DNA of 64,000 nucleotides from Orbicella franksi (taxonomy: Eukaryota). Under the pieces are notes generated by a model. The model was not told the origin of the DNA, searched no databases, and saw only the letters and a list, made by a program, of their open reading frames with translations. Below, piece after piece: positions 48,701 to 64,000 of this stretch (positions are counted from its first letter, which is position 1; every line of letters begins with the position of its first letter). The position numbers and the translations under genes are program-made. The stretch covers positions 21,018,001 through 21,082,000 of the forward strand of contig OZ116712.1 in the NCBI GenBank assembly GCA_964199315.1, read 5' to 3'.

Positions 48701-51700
48701 CCTAATACACCACACCCCACCCCACCCCTCCCCCTTCCCCCATTTCCAAATCCTGGGTAGTCCTTGTTAATAAAGGACTGTCGGTAAAATTACCTTATTA
48801 CAGAGTAACTTAGCTCCTACATTCAAGTTTAAACATATTATTGTAAATTTAATACCTGTAGTAGGTGTTATCAGAGCAAGGATTGAAAACTCTGACCACG
48901 ATAAAAACATGTTGGAAGTGAGATCTAATGTTCTTTGGCGTGAAGGGAAGTGCTCCAGGTTCTTGAAACACGATGGTGACTATGTCGTTTCCAATATGCC
49001 TTTTTCTCAGGAGCTGCAACAAAAGGATCAAATGAAAATGTCATTTGGAGAACTAAATAAACCAAGTCCCGAGGCCCTAATATTCAGGTTATCATAACAA
49101 GAGAGTGTTATGAGCGATCTACATCTCAAGTGACTACATCGTGAGACAAACGATAATACACTTAATTAAGAGAGTGTACTGCAAAGTATTTGTTGATAAA
49201 ATTCATTATCATCATCATTATCATTGTCTGCGTTGACATTGTCGTCATCGTCATCATCATCATCCTTGTGTCCTTTTCCCGTCTGGGAAATGGAGTCTTA
49301 ATTCACTCAACAATCATGCACATGTAAATAATCTCATTAATTTCATACTCGTTTTATCAATTGTAAATAGTTTTATTAATTTTAATTTATTTATACTGTC
49401 CCCATTTAGTAATTATTTACTGCTATTTTAGTTTGTCACTTAGATAAAGGTATTCATTCATTCATTCATTCATTCATTCATTCATTCATTCATTCATCAG
49501 ATTAGCATGAAGGAAACATAAATTTTTCATACCTGTTGTCGATTATTGGGAGTCCATGGCAAAAGGGTGGACACATGAAACATGATTTCTCGTCCATGGA
49601 ACTGTGTATACACAGAATGTTCACCAGTGGAGTCATCTGTCAATCAAATTTTCAGATGTCAGGTAAGTTCAGAAAATGGATGCCAGGATTACATGTACTG
49701 GAAAGAACAGCTTGTCAACATCAATGGAATTAAATTGAACAAAATTTGAGAAACAATCTACTTTTTAAAAGAAATATCTCTTTTTTCATATACTGTGTGT
49801 CTGATGGTTCAGGAACGATTTCTGTTCATGAATGGCTTGAAATTTCTTACGCACCTTGAAAGCAAAACGAGTCAATTTGAAATCGTTGTTAAGTGACTCT
49901 TAAGTCGTTAGCAGGTTTTAATACACAATTAATTTGAGAAGTAAAAGAAAGTTTCAAACTCTTACTTGCTATTAAAGTTAAGAACACTTGGCGATAAATC
50001 ACAAAACATTTTGGCAACAAAAACAGCTTTAAATTATAGCAGGCTGTACAGTAGAATACGGCCTGCCAACTTGACCAATCACAGTGCGCGTACAAACTCA
50101 GAGATATAATAATTCCTATTACAAAACCCTTATAAAACTGTCTTTAATATGAATACTGTCATTGCATTTTGTAACCTTACTTCTGTTATCCAGCTGAGCT
50201 CTGTAGCCTTCAAACCCTTTCAGTGCAATCCGTTTTCCAATCAAGTCTAGGAATTCATCAAAAGCTGGGCCTGATGTTTCTGTCAAACAGAAATGATAAG
50301 GTGAATTGAGATTAATTAACGATAAAACCTATTTACAACTTACCTACAGCTGTAGTCAGACTGTATACAAGGCTGTCGTTAAGTTTTCAGTCACTTGTTG
50401 CCTTAATCTTCACATCTGTAACACACTTGTTACTTTGTGAGTGAATTGTATCAACAACAGGCAACAGGGCATTTCACTTGTTGTATCAAGGGCCCATCAA
50501 GCATACTCAGCCTTGACAGTTGTGATGGGTTATGGCCCTTAATAACAGCCCTGGTATACACCATATGGTACAGTCTTGATCATCAAACATACAACATTGC
50601 TTCACTTACGGTTATTGTACATTTCTTCTTCTGTGCTCTGGCCGTCTTTGCAGTACAGCACACCAACTTTATACTGGTTGGTCATCTGAAAGAGATTTCA
50701 AAAGGCTGTGTTGTACAGATGTCATAAAAACTGAATTGTAGCACATATACAATGTACATTTATTTTACCAGACAAGTTCTTCTGGTGAAAACTAATGCAC
50801 AGATGGATATTTCTCTACCTAATAGATATTCATGACCATATAACAGACAATTTAAGTTGACAGTCAACTTGTTACTTCTGCCTCCAAATGCTCCACACTG
50901 ACAGAGAGCTGCTCATATAGTACAAACATGTCACAAAGGGTGGTTGTAATTTGAGATGATTGGAGATCTGAAATGTTTACCACTGTAATGTCATTCGGTT
51001 TGAAATATCCCCACCTTCCCCTCCCCTCTCTCTCTCTATTCCTTTCCCCTCTCCACTCTATCACACACAGGAATAAAATTTTAGGTTTTACACAACATTT
51101 ATCTCACCCCTTGCTCATCCAGTTTCATAAGCTGCTCTGGAACCTAAAAATAGAGAAGAAAAACAATTAATTCATGTCTGTGTGACCTCAGTAAATATTA
51201 ATTTGCTTTGTAGCAAGGAAAGATGTGACTCTATTTTGTTTACAATGGAACAACGCCCTTATAACTTCAACCACTAGAAACTTAACATATATAAAATACC
51301 TTACATAATAGTAGGCAGAAGAACCGTAACTTGTACAGTACAGTTATTGCACATGTAGTTATTAAATATGATATTTTGTACACCAGAATGTTGCCTTTAG
51401 GCTACTCTGTACAATGTTGTGTACATTTGGAATACAAATACATAAGTATGAGTGCAAAAACAACAAAAAGAGAAACTTATTCTCATACTCATGTTTCATA
51501 CAAACAGCAATCTGAGCTTTGTCTGCTATCTCAGGAAACTATGTCAATCGTGCATACATGAACACACTTGGATCACTTACACTTGTGTCACCTACCTTAA
51601 CCCCAGGTTGGGCCATTCTAAGTGCAGTAAGCTGAAGTTCTGGGACCACATGTTCAAGAATGTCTTTGGCTGGCAACGCTCGTGCTGCGCCATGCCGTGA

Positions 51701-54700
51701 TGTTGATGGAATAGCTTCTTCAAGAATGCTCCCTCTTAGCGTAGTTAACTGTAATGGGAAACATGACATAACATTAGAAAAACCTTAATGTGGAATTTTT
51801 TGCTCAGAATTCCTATTCAGGCAGAATGAGTTTCATTTGAAGTTTCTCCAAAGAGCCTGCCATTTTGGATGAGATGCAAAATTTGGCCTAGCTGTGAACC
51901 CAAAAAACCTGAAAAGGGTGCAAAAGATCCAAAACACAGGAAACTGAAAAAAAAATCCATTGCAAATTTTCCAACCACGTAAATATATATAGACCAAAAT
52001 TTCAAGAATTTTTGAATGAATGGAAAGCACTCCCAGTTTCTGTGGCAAGAAGCTACAGTCTAAGCATTGCTACAATGTAGAGTATAGAATGTTAGTCCAG
52101 ATTAACCCCAGCAGTTTGTCAGATTGACTTAAGGGTCTGCATTAATTACCTCACTTGTCCTTGCAATGATCCGATACTGGAATTGGTTGCCTTCTGACTC
52201 ACCAGACTTCATTAGGGACGTGCTCTCATCAAGTTTTTCACGTTTCAAAGAGAGTGCAACTGGGCCAAATCTTTCATCAATGCCAAGATAATTCAAATGC
52301 TCTAAACATGAGTGACAAATGACCAAATCAGGTAAATCAGACGTACTTTAAAAAAGATGAATAGATGCTCCATTGTAAATGTGATGTGGTATTCCAAAAC
52401 CAACAAAAGTATTCATGCACTACAGTATGAGTTACTGTTTGAGTAAGGTAAATGCATCACTACACAAGCTATTAGTAACAGTTTCCTGATGCAATGACCC
52501 CAGCTACATATCAAGTGCAGTTTCTGAAAGTTGTTAAGTGATGTCTCATCTTAAGCAAAGGCTGTCCACAAAGCTTATCTCACTTACTGTACCATGGCAT
52601 AAAGCAAACTAGTGGTAAATTTGCTGCATTGTACCCGCCCACCTCCCGAATGAGAAGCTTGTACATCTCACATTATCCTCCCTCCCCCCCCCCCCCCCTG
52701 AGAGTTTTCCAACACCCATGTACTGTATATTCCTCCATGGATACAGGCACTATAAGGGTAAATATGTTGCCTAAAACAACCCCAGGCTGTTCAATCTAAT
52801 GTTAAAAGTACCTCAATAACAAGGCTACTGATTCAGTCTACACTGTTGTGAAGGATGATTGAAGCAACCCTGAAGTTACTTCTGGGCAAGATTTAACTGG
52901 TTTTCACTCACCTTGTCCAACAAAAAAGTTCTTGTAATAGTAAGATCCATGATCTACATGTTCAAACACTCTCCCATCTTCATTGTGAAATCTTTCCCCT
53001 AGATACAAGAAACCACTTTCTGGCTTTGAATTATCAAGAATTGTCACTCCAGTTCCACTGCTTAAATTTCCCACTCTGGCAGAATCATATGCAGTCAATA
53101 AAATGTCAAGAGTTGATCTCCGTCTGAAAGTGTCTAATTTTGGTTCCTTGGGACGTGTTGGATCGTGGGGGTTTTGAATCACTGCTGCATTATCTCTTGT
53201 CAATCCAATCTGTGGATCTTGTTCTTCCTCCCCACCAAGTTCATTCCGGAAATACGGGCAGTTAAGAACAAGACCATTACTTTTGTCATCACCGGGGTCA
53301 GGTACATCATCATCATTATTGCTTGAATTAGAGTCAGACCCTCGCCTTTGCATCCTGTCAGCAATCGTTGCCGCAGTAACCTTAGTTGAAGCAGCCGACG
53401 CTCCTGATCGTTTGTTCTTCCTTTTAAGTCCATCACCTTGTGTTGCATGTAGAAGTGCGAGCTCGTCAAAATCAACTGTCATACTGCGGCAATCATAATG
53501 AGCAAAATATTTTCTTGATGGTTCATCTCCATACTCTTCCTCAGCTGCCTTGGCATCTCCAGAACCTTTAAAAACCTTCAGTAAATATGAGTTATTCCTC
53601 AGTGAGTTTTTACGCCTTAACAAAGGAGTCCGTCTTTCTGTTAGAGGGCTAGAGTTGGCAGAGCTAGCACCAGTCTTAGCTCTGAAGTCATCTACATAAT
53701 GTTGGTTTTCAGTATCATAAAACCACAACTTCGACCCAGAGTCTCTCTCATTTTGAATGTTCTGCTCAAACTTTCTGATTAAGGCAAATAAACTTTCTCC
53801 CGTTGGAGAGCGGGCTTCTGCAACTAGCCCATCTGGATAGTTAGTCCTCACTGAGACGTTAATTTCACTTGTATCGCTGTTACTTCTGACATGCATTGAT
53901 TGCGGTTTCACTTTTGACGGGCTATCACCCCCATAAATGGAACCAGTGCTTCTACGGATTTCATCATCCCTGTTATAAATATGATTGTACTGCAAGGTCA
54001 CCGAATCATCTTTTGCCCTGGAATTAAAACAAAAAAGAATCAAATATGTTAGTACTAATTGCACACCAAAATGTTCTGCATCATTTTGTGTACAGCTTAA
54101 ACAGCCAAAGCACAATGAATTGGTGCATGAAATGAGATGTTCCTTTAGAAGTTTAACCATTTTAACTAAAATATTTCTTTTGTGTAGTTACAAGACTCAA
54201 TTCATCATTTTAATTTAGGTCAATGACCTGGTTTACAACACGATAAACCAAAATAGAGAATCTTTTTCCCACAAAAATACACCTTGCTTGATAACTTTTG
54301 GTGTGATGTCAAACCACCACAATTAGAGATACATGTACTTATATCTTATGTTATAACGTTTTATTATGACATAGACGTAGAGAAATTATTAATGGCAATC
54401 TTGACTAAACAAACTCAGTAAACCGTCAACAAATGAACAGCACCACAGTGATCCCCTCCTCCAAATTATAACAGACTATACTTAACATGTTTGTGGGCGA
54501 AGAGGCGACAAAAACTGTAAAGACAGTTATTTCCCCTTAAAACAACTAAAGCGAACTTTTGACAATGCTTGTTATGGTTTTGAAACACAATGCCGAATTT
54601 CTCTACCCACAAGTACAACATTTTAGAATGGTAAATAAGTATACATTATAAACAATACCGTACAACCAAACCACCTTGTTTTATGCATCATAAAATTGAA

Positions 54701-55884
54701 GTTCTCGACTCCACTAAAGTCCAAACAAACTGACGTGTTTCTCTCGCTGCTGGAAGCAATCTTTCGGTCATTCCCTTAGTTAAATATCGTTAAAAGTCGT
54801 GTTTCCGGTGACGCGAAGGGAAACCTTGTCTTACAAATGGCCGCTTGCTTGGTTTTTCAGAAGCAGACAAAACAAAACTTATATGATTTCCTTCTCTACA
54901 ACGTGGTCCTCTCAACTTGTGGAAAATTCGTGGAAGTTCTTGTAACGCATTTCAACCTATAATTAACACGCTTGCATGGAAAAGCCTTTCAGAGCGCTCG
55001 GTTCGATTTCAGCCATTCCTCAATCCGAAATTATTCCACTTATGCTACATCTCATTTTGTATCTATGATAACCAGCACTAAATGAAGTGAACTCGAACAA
55101 TCCCTGTAAATGCCAGGAGAAACGTGAAACCTCTTAATTGGCTCTTGAGATGACCAACTCTGCCACTGACGAGTACAGATGTCGAAGCCACAGGCTGTGA
55201 AGCTTATATCGTCCGAACAATCCGTCAAATGTCGTTATAATCGCTCGCTCGCTCACAACATGTAATTAGGAGATGCTGCAGAACCCGTTAAAAGCCTTAA
55301 CTCGTTGACAGTTCTAGCCAAGAGCTTATGAATTGAAACCTTGTGGTGATAAACCGGTTAGCTGTTCGTCCAACCGTCGTTTGGAGGCAGTCTTCGTCCG
55401 CACTCGTGAGAGCGAAGCTGTCTGTCGAATCTTCGTTACTGGAAGCTAAACATTCTGATGATGCGGTTCAGCAGTTGCATTCCGGGCCGATCGAATCAGA
55501 GGAACGGTCGCAGAAAACCAATACTGACCATAAAGAACAGCTTACTAACAAAAGCAGCTCGCAATGACCTGATAGGTCAATTCTGGGGTTCGATTTCAAT
55601 TTATGAATTTTAAGTACACAGCGAACGAATCTTCACAACTGCTTGTTCTATTTTGACACGTTCTTTCATCTGTCACAGTTGAATGGCGATTTAAAATGTA
55701 CTGTAGGGTCGACTTGGGTTTTGTCTTCACATTATGCCCAAAATAAACGTCAAAGAATTACAAAAATAAAACAAAATACAGACACGTTCACAGAACACAC
55801 AAATTCTCACCTTTCACTAGCTGTTGAGAGAGTCGAATTCTGCGCCGCTTTCTTCAGATTCTCGGAAGCAGTGTTCGTCACCAT
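33774..55884 (-). CDS. SIPA1L: Signal-induced proliferation-associated 1-like (SPAR family) RapGAP-PDZ-coiled-coil protein, ~1851 aa, ~25 exons
   Basis: Exons, high to low: 55884-55811, 54017-52912, 52301-52150, 51748-51596, 51143-51108, 50685-50610, 50279-50181, 49636-49533, 49013-48856, 48388-48282, 48165-48028, 47941-47850, 47407-47321, 47133-47075, 46502-46388, 46086-45949, 45498-45383, 43807-43553, 43158-41138, then tentative 37097-37069, 36591-36495, 36405-36317, 34712-34687, and 34086-34008, 33923-33774. Total 5556 nt, in frame. Motifs: [48 protein letters not shown] (RapGAP); [11 protein letters not shown] (PDZ); C-terminal ...[20 protein letters not shown]. Confidence 0.93.
38218..38335. 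repeat. Small palindromic repeat with perfect 16-bp stem
   Basis: CTGGCCGCGCGCAAAT (38253-38268) / ATTTGCGCGCGGCCAG (38281-38296). Begins TAGCCTGCG, like coral foldback MITEs. Confidence 0.65.
40442..40565. repeat. Repeat with two ~35-bp direct copies
   Basis: TTTGAATGG(C/T)CAC(G/A)CACTAGGGTTT..TCCACAGA at 40442 and 40530. Confidence 0.65.
43878..45089. mobile_element. Non-autonomous hAT-like DNA transposon, ~1.2 kb, in a SIPA1L intron
   Basis: 16-bp TIR CAAGGCTGTTGCCTAA / TTAGGCAGCAGCCTTG. Subterminal TAGG(A/C)GCCC repeats. Flanks GGGGGTAG / GGGTAG (8-bp TSD with a shortened G-run). No transposase ORF. Confidence 0.8.
46545..46771 (-). mobile_element. tRNA-derived SINE, slightly 5'-truncated
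   Basis: A-box-like TGGTGAGAGCG (46766-46756) and B-box GGTTCGATTCC (46731-46721), followed by a non-tRNA body and AT-rich tail. Confidence 0.85.
47590..47808. mobile_element. MITE with TA flanks
   Basis: TA-GACTGCAAGCAGTCT ... AGACTGCTCGCAGTC-TA inverted ends. Confidence 0.75.
49205..49498 (+). repeat. (ATC)n-like tract and probable LINE 3' end with (CATT)n tail
   Basis: GATAAAGG followed by ~11 CATT units at 49452-49497, the same tail type as the LINE ending at 14400. Confidence 0.6.
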
Positions 55885-57515
55885 TCGTGAACGTTCGTGC
55901 TGTCGTCGGGTCCTCACGATGTGATTTACGATCCCGTTTTAATGAACACTAAGTTAAATTGGCCAGACAACTTGATGAAACTTTATATTTCCTCGTTGCG
56001 AACTTCATGTAAAACTGAATTCTGATGAAGAATTTAAGAAATCCGGAAATTGGTATTTAATTAATGGGAGTGACGAAATCTTATTACGTTCTTACCACAT
56101 AGTCGGCGCTAAGCCAACCGAGCGAACAACAATAGCGCGTATTTCGTTTACATCTACTGCTTAAACGCTCCGCTTGCAACAATTTATTGAATTATATATT
56201 TTGCAAGAATACACCCTTCTCTTTTTCATTTCACATTCTTTTTCTATACAGAAATTTCTATGCAAATGGTACTCCTGCGGTTCCAGCTTGCCACAGTGAA
56301 AGTTCAAGTCTCTTTTAAATGGCATAGAAATGGCACCTATATGAGCCATGGACTGCTCAAGGAGGGGGAGGTTTGAAAGTAGCGTGCAGGTGTCGTCACC
56401 ATTCAAAAGGACCAAACTACGTCAAAATCTTGACCACATTTTTGTGCTTTTTATTTGAACCGAAGTGAACAGTAATGTGGGAAAAATACGGGGCTGACTG
56501 ATAGCGTGATTAGATGTATAAATAGACGTCATCTCTGTCGCTCACACAACACGTGCTATCCTTCGTTCGTTTCAGTTTATACGTGATTAATGGTCATTAA
56601 TGGCTAGTTAAATCTTTGTGAAATCACTTATTGCTCTTTGTTTGTTTGGGATCTTTTTACCTCTGTTTAGCCAGTACAATTTGCAGGCAGGATTGCAGAT
56701 GAACCACTATTTTTTTCAACTATCCCTCTCTTCCGACTTTCGTTTCCTTTATTGGCGCCATACTGCTTTTGCTCCTGAATAGCGCACGCCATTTTGGATT
56801 TCACGACAACCTTTGATTTTTAGTTCATCAATGAATTATTCAGGCCTGTTTTGAGATAAGAAGATTTTTGAAAAGACAAAAATGGAGTTTTTACGGTTTA
56901 GGAGCAAATACTCTTCGTCGCCTATATTTTCAATAATTTACATTTTCAATAGGCCGACGTTCAATATTCAGTCCCTGAATTTAAATTGATAGAAGCGCGC
57001 TCTGTAACCGCACCATAATTTTAATAAATTCTTAATTTCCCCGGATTGAATTTATATCAATAACAAAGCTTAAAACACAACATGCCACGAAAACGTTTCT
57101 GAAACGCGGTTTTAAGCTATTGTAACTGAGCTGTGTTGTTTTAGAGTGCGTTCAAAAAAATCCTTCCGGTGAAAAATTAATTTGAATTGAAGAACACGAA
57201 ACTCAGCACCATTAAACTTGGTGCTAAAATGCATGTAGCAGATGCATTTGGAAACTATCACACGATGACTGAAATCGAAAATGAAATACAATCATTTGCT
57301 GAAGAGTTTGAAGACCATGTGGAAGAGGACACTTACATTCGCTTACATAACATACTTGTTTCACTGCCTCAACCCCACCCCGCCAAAAAAAAACAATTGT
57401 CGCGCTGCTTGGGAACCAGGCGATAACATTGCAGCAAGTTGTCGCAAGGAGTGGTGGTGACTCGAAGGAAATTTTAGAACATTGTTCATAATTTAGCTTC
57501 TGGAAAGCGTAAAGA

Positions 57516-62053
<4,538 letters not shown>

Positions 62054-62107
62054 CAGCAGATCATCAAATCGAACGCGGGCGAAATTCCTAGTAACGAACA
62101 CTCCAAA

Positions 62108-62342
62108 TAAGGAACTACGTCACGGCTTGCGCATTTTGAAAAGTTCAGCCTAAATTTTTCAAGTTCGTCGTTTGTAATCCGTGTCAATCTCCTCCATTCT
62201 GAACCATCCTTGTTCACTTATGGTTTATTATTATCTCTATAGTGTTTTTCTCTCTTAGTAAACTATTATTCAAGGTTAACTTTGAATGGTAATTTTGTAC
62301 TCAGGTAAAATAACTCAAAATACCGTGACTGAGCTCCTTCAA
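62108..62342 (-). mobile_element. ~235-bp non-autonomous DNA transposon (Kolobok-like ends), copy A
   Basis: Ends GAAGGAGCTCAGTCACGG ... CCGTGACGTAGTTCCTT on the minus strand. Aligns along its length with copy B. Confidence 0.65.
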
Positions 62343-62346
62343 ACGC

Positions 62347-62567
62347 TTTTGAGTTATTTTGGCCACATACAAAATTATATTTAAATTGAAGGAAACCTGA
62401 AAATAATAGCATACTAAGATAGAAAAACATCAAAGATATAATAATAAACCATAAAGGATCAAGGATAGTCAAGGATAGAGAAGATTAACGCAGATTATAA
62501 ACGACGAACTTGAAAAATGTTGGCTAAATTTTTCACGATGAGCAAACCGTGACGTAGCTCCTTTAAG
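62347..62567 (+). mobile_element. Same family, copy B (5' ~25 nt missing), opposite orientation
   Basis: Ends CCGTGACGTAGCTCCTTTAA. Roughly 75-80% identical by eye to the reverse complement of copy A. Confidence 0.65.
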
Positions 62568-64000
62568 AGCTAGACCCTTCTTTTAGCGTGATTAAAGGTG
62601 TGACCATTATGGTATTGCTATGTGAAGTGAAATTAGGGGCATTTGAGAAAAAGTGGTGGTGTTCCCAACGAGAATGTAAACAGTCGTACCAATTCTTTCT
62701 CACTCTTGTCTCAACTTTGTATACTTTGTACATCGATGGGGGAAACAAACAAACTTTAAATTCTGACGTAAAGATTGCGTTTTTGTAAGAGGGTATGTTA
62801 CTGCAGTAAAGTTTATTCTTATATGAACTCAGTGAATATACAATCTCTAATGGTTTCACCAAATCCAACATGGTGTCGACGCAAAAAGGAGGCGCACTAA
62901 AGGAAGGCAAACTTGGAACCAGGGGAAAATGTTTTCCAGGGTTGCATTAGCTTGAGATAAAAACGAGTGGGAGAGTTATTACAATGCGTTGAACGGAAAA
63001 AACAAACTTTCGTTCCTTTTGGTTAAGAGGCCCTCGAAACGAAATGAAGTCGCTTTAGTAGATGTGTTAGCAACGCGTTCAATAAAGCTTAAACTACGAC
63101 AACACAGCTAAGAACCGACAATCGTGGAGGACAAATGACCTCTCCCTCCCCCCCTACTCCCCACCCCACCAGCCAAAAAGCGCAATTTTTCCATTATTTA
63201 ACGTTTTAGTTATTATTCACTGATGTGTCTGCGGAGACCAGTGATCACAGTTCATTTGGACGGCGCGGATATCTCTCATTTTCCGTGTTAACCACGTTTG
63301 AAGAATTTAACGTAGGCTTATTTTCACGAACAAGCCTTCATGCATTAGTAAATGTCCTGAACTTGTCAAACATCATAATCCTTCATTTTATCTACGTTAT
63401 TTCCGTAAACAAATCGGCTTGAATAAGCCAAAGACTTAACAAATATGCGCAATTCGAGACATTATTTCTGGTTCGGAACTCTGCGGCAAAGCACGGTACT
63501 ACCATATGTCCCATATCAGAATAAGCATGTGATGCCTAGACGGAGCCGATTCTTGGCTTATAATCGGTAAGCAGACTACAACGGCTGAAACACCTGTTTG
63601 GTCGATCACTGGGTAAACTTGCATCTTCTAATCATTTACTAGATTTCCCCTAATCTTGAGAAATACTTCTTGATACGTAGGTGATATTCTTGGCTAAAGT
63701 ACGTTAACCTGCACGAACCAGGAGTCCTCCAAGAAAACCCTATACCTTCCAACTTTAATGGCTTCAGCACGTCCGAGGAATAAGTACTGACGATCCACGA
63801 AAAATGCGAGATCGTGAATTACTTTGGCACCTAGACCTGGTCGATCCATCCTCGCAGACAATTAAGTTTTCTTCGTTCAGGTAGTTGTCTTCCTCCGTTG
63901 CCAGCACGGGGTACTGAAGTAGTGGAAGACTGTGTGACTTTGTGAGGGTTCAGACTCTCCTGTCATCCGGCTTGGAGTAGAATCCCAACAAAAGAGTCAA

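Noticed and set aside
55147-55185. CTGACGA...GAAG hammerhead-like core
   Set aside because: GAAG instead of GAAA, and no consistent stems I-III.
57187-57426. 79-aa acidic helical ORF in the SIPA1L-CNPPD1 intergenic region
   Set aside because: TTG start, no splice link to CNPPD1 and no recognisable family; at most a uORF or decayed fragment.
63600-64000. Coding-like composition on the minus strand at the window edge
   Set aside because: Stops in all frames and no recognisable motif order; possibly a decayed retroelement, but unsupported.

Overview
Eukaryotic, AT-rich, intron-rich animal DNA. The repeat landscape and gene content suggest a cnidarian, probably a stony coral (inference; no database search was run). 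All gene models were built by hand from GT-AG signals and phase continuity. Left to right: (1) A cluster of three paralogous small two-exon secreted-peptide genes arranged + / - / + (2.2-11.6 kb). They share a conserved TATA promoter. Two are intact neuropeptide-precursor-like ORFs; the inverted middle copy has a stop in exon 1. (2) A 5'-truncated L2/CR1-group LINE. (3) An intronless GT-A-fold glycosyltransferase-like gene on the minus strand. (4) A Penelope-type fragment carrying a minimal hammerhead ribozyme. (5) A 9-exon, 532-aa ion channel with iGluR topology (signal peptide, S1, M1, P-loop, M3, S2, M4; no ATD) but an intact K+ selectivity filter TTVGYGD, i.e. GluR0-like. This is the most unusual gene in the window. 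(6) A ~25-exon SIPA1L-family RapGAP/PDZ gene on the minus strand (33.8-55.9 kb). (7) CNPPD1 on the plus strand, head-to-head with SIPA1L, with an inverted transposon pair just after its stop codon. Many MITEs and one tRNA-derived SINE are interspersed. No CRISPR, rRNA or true tRNA genes were seen.
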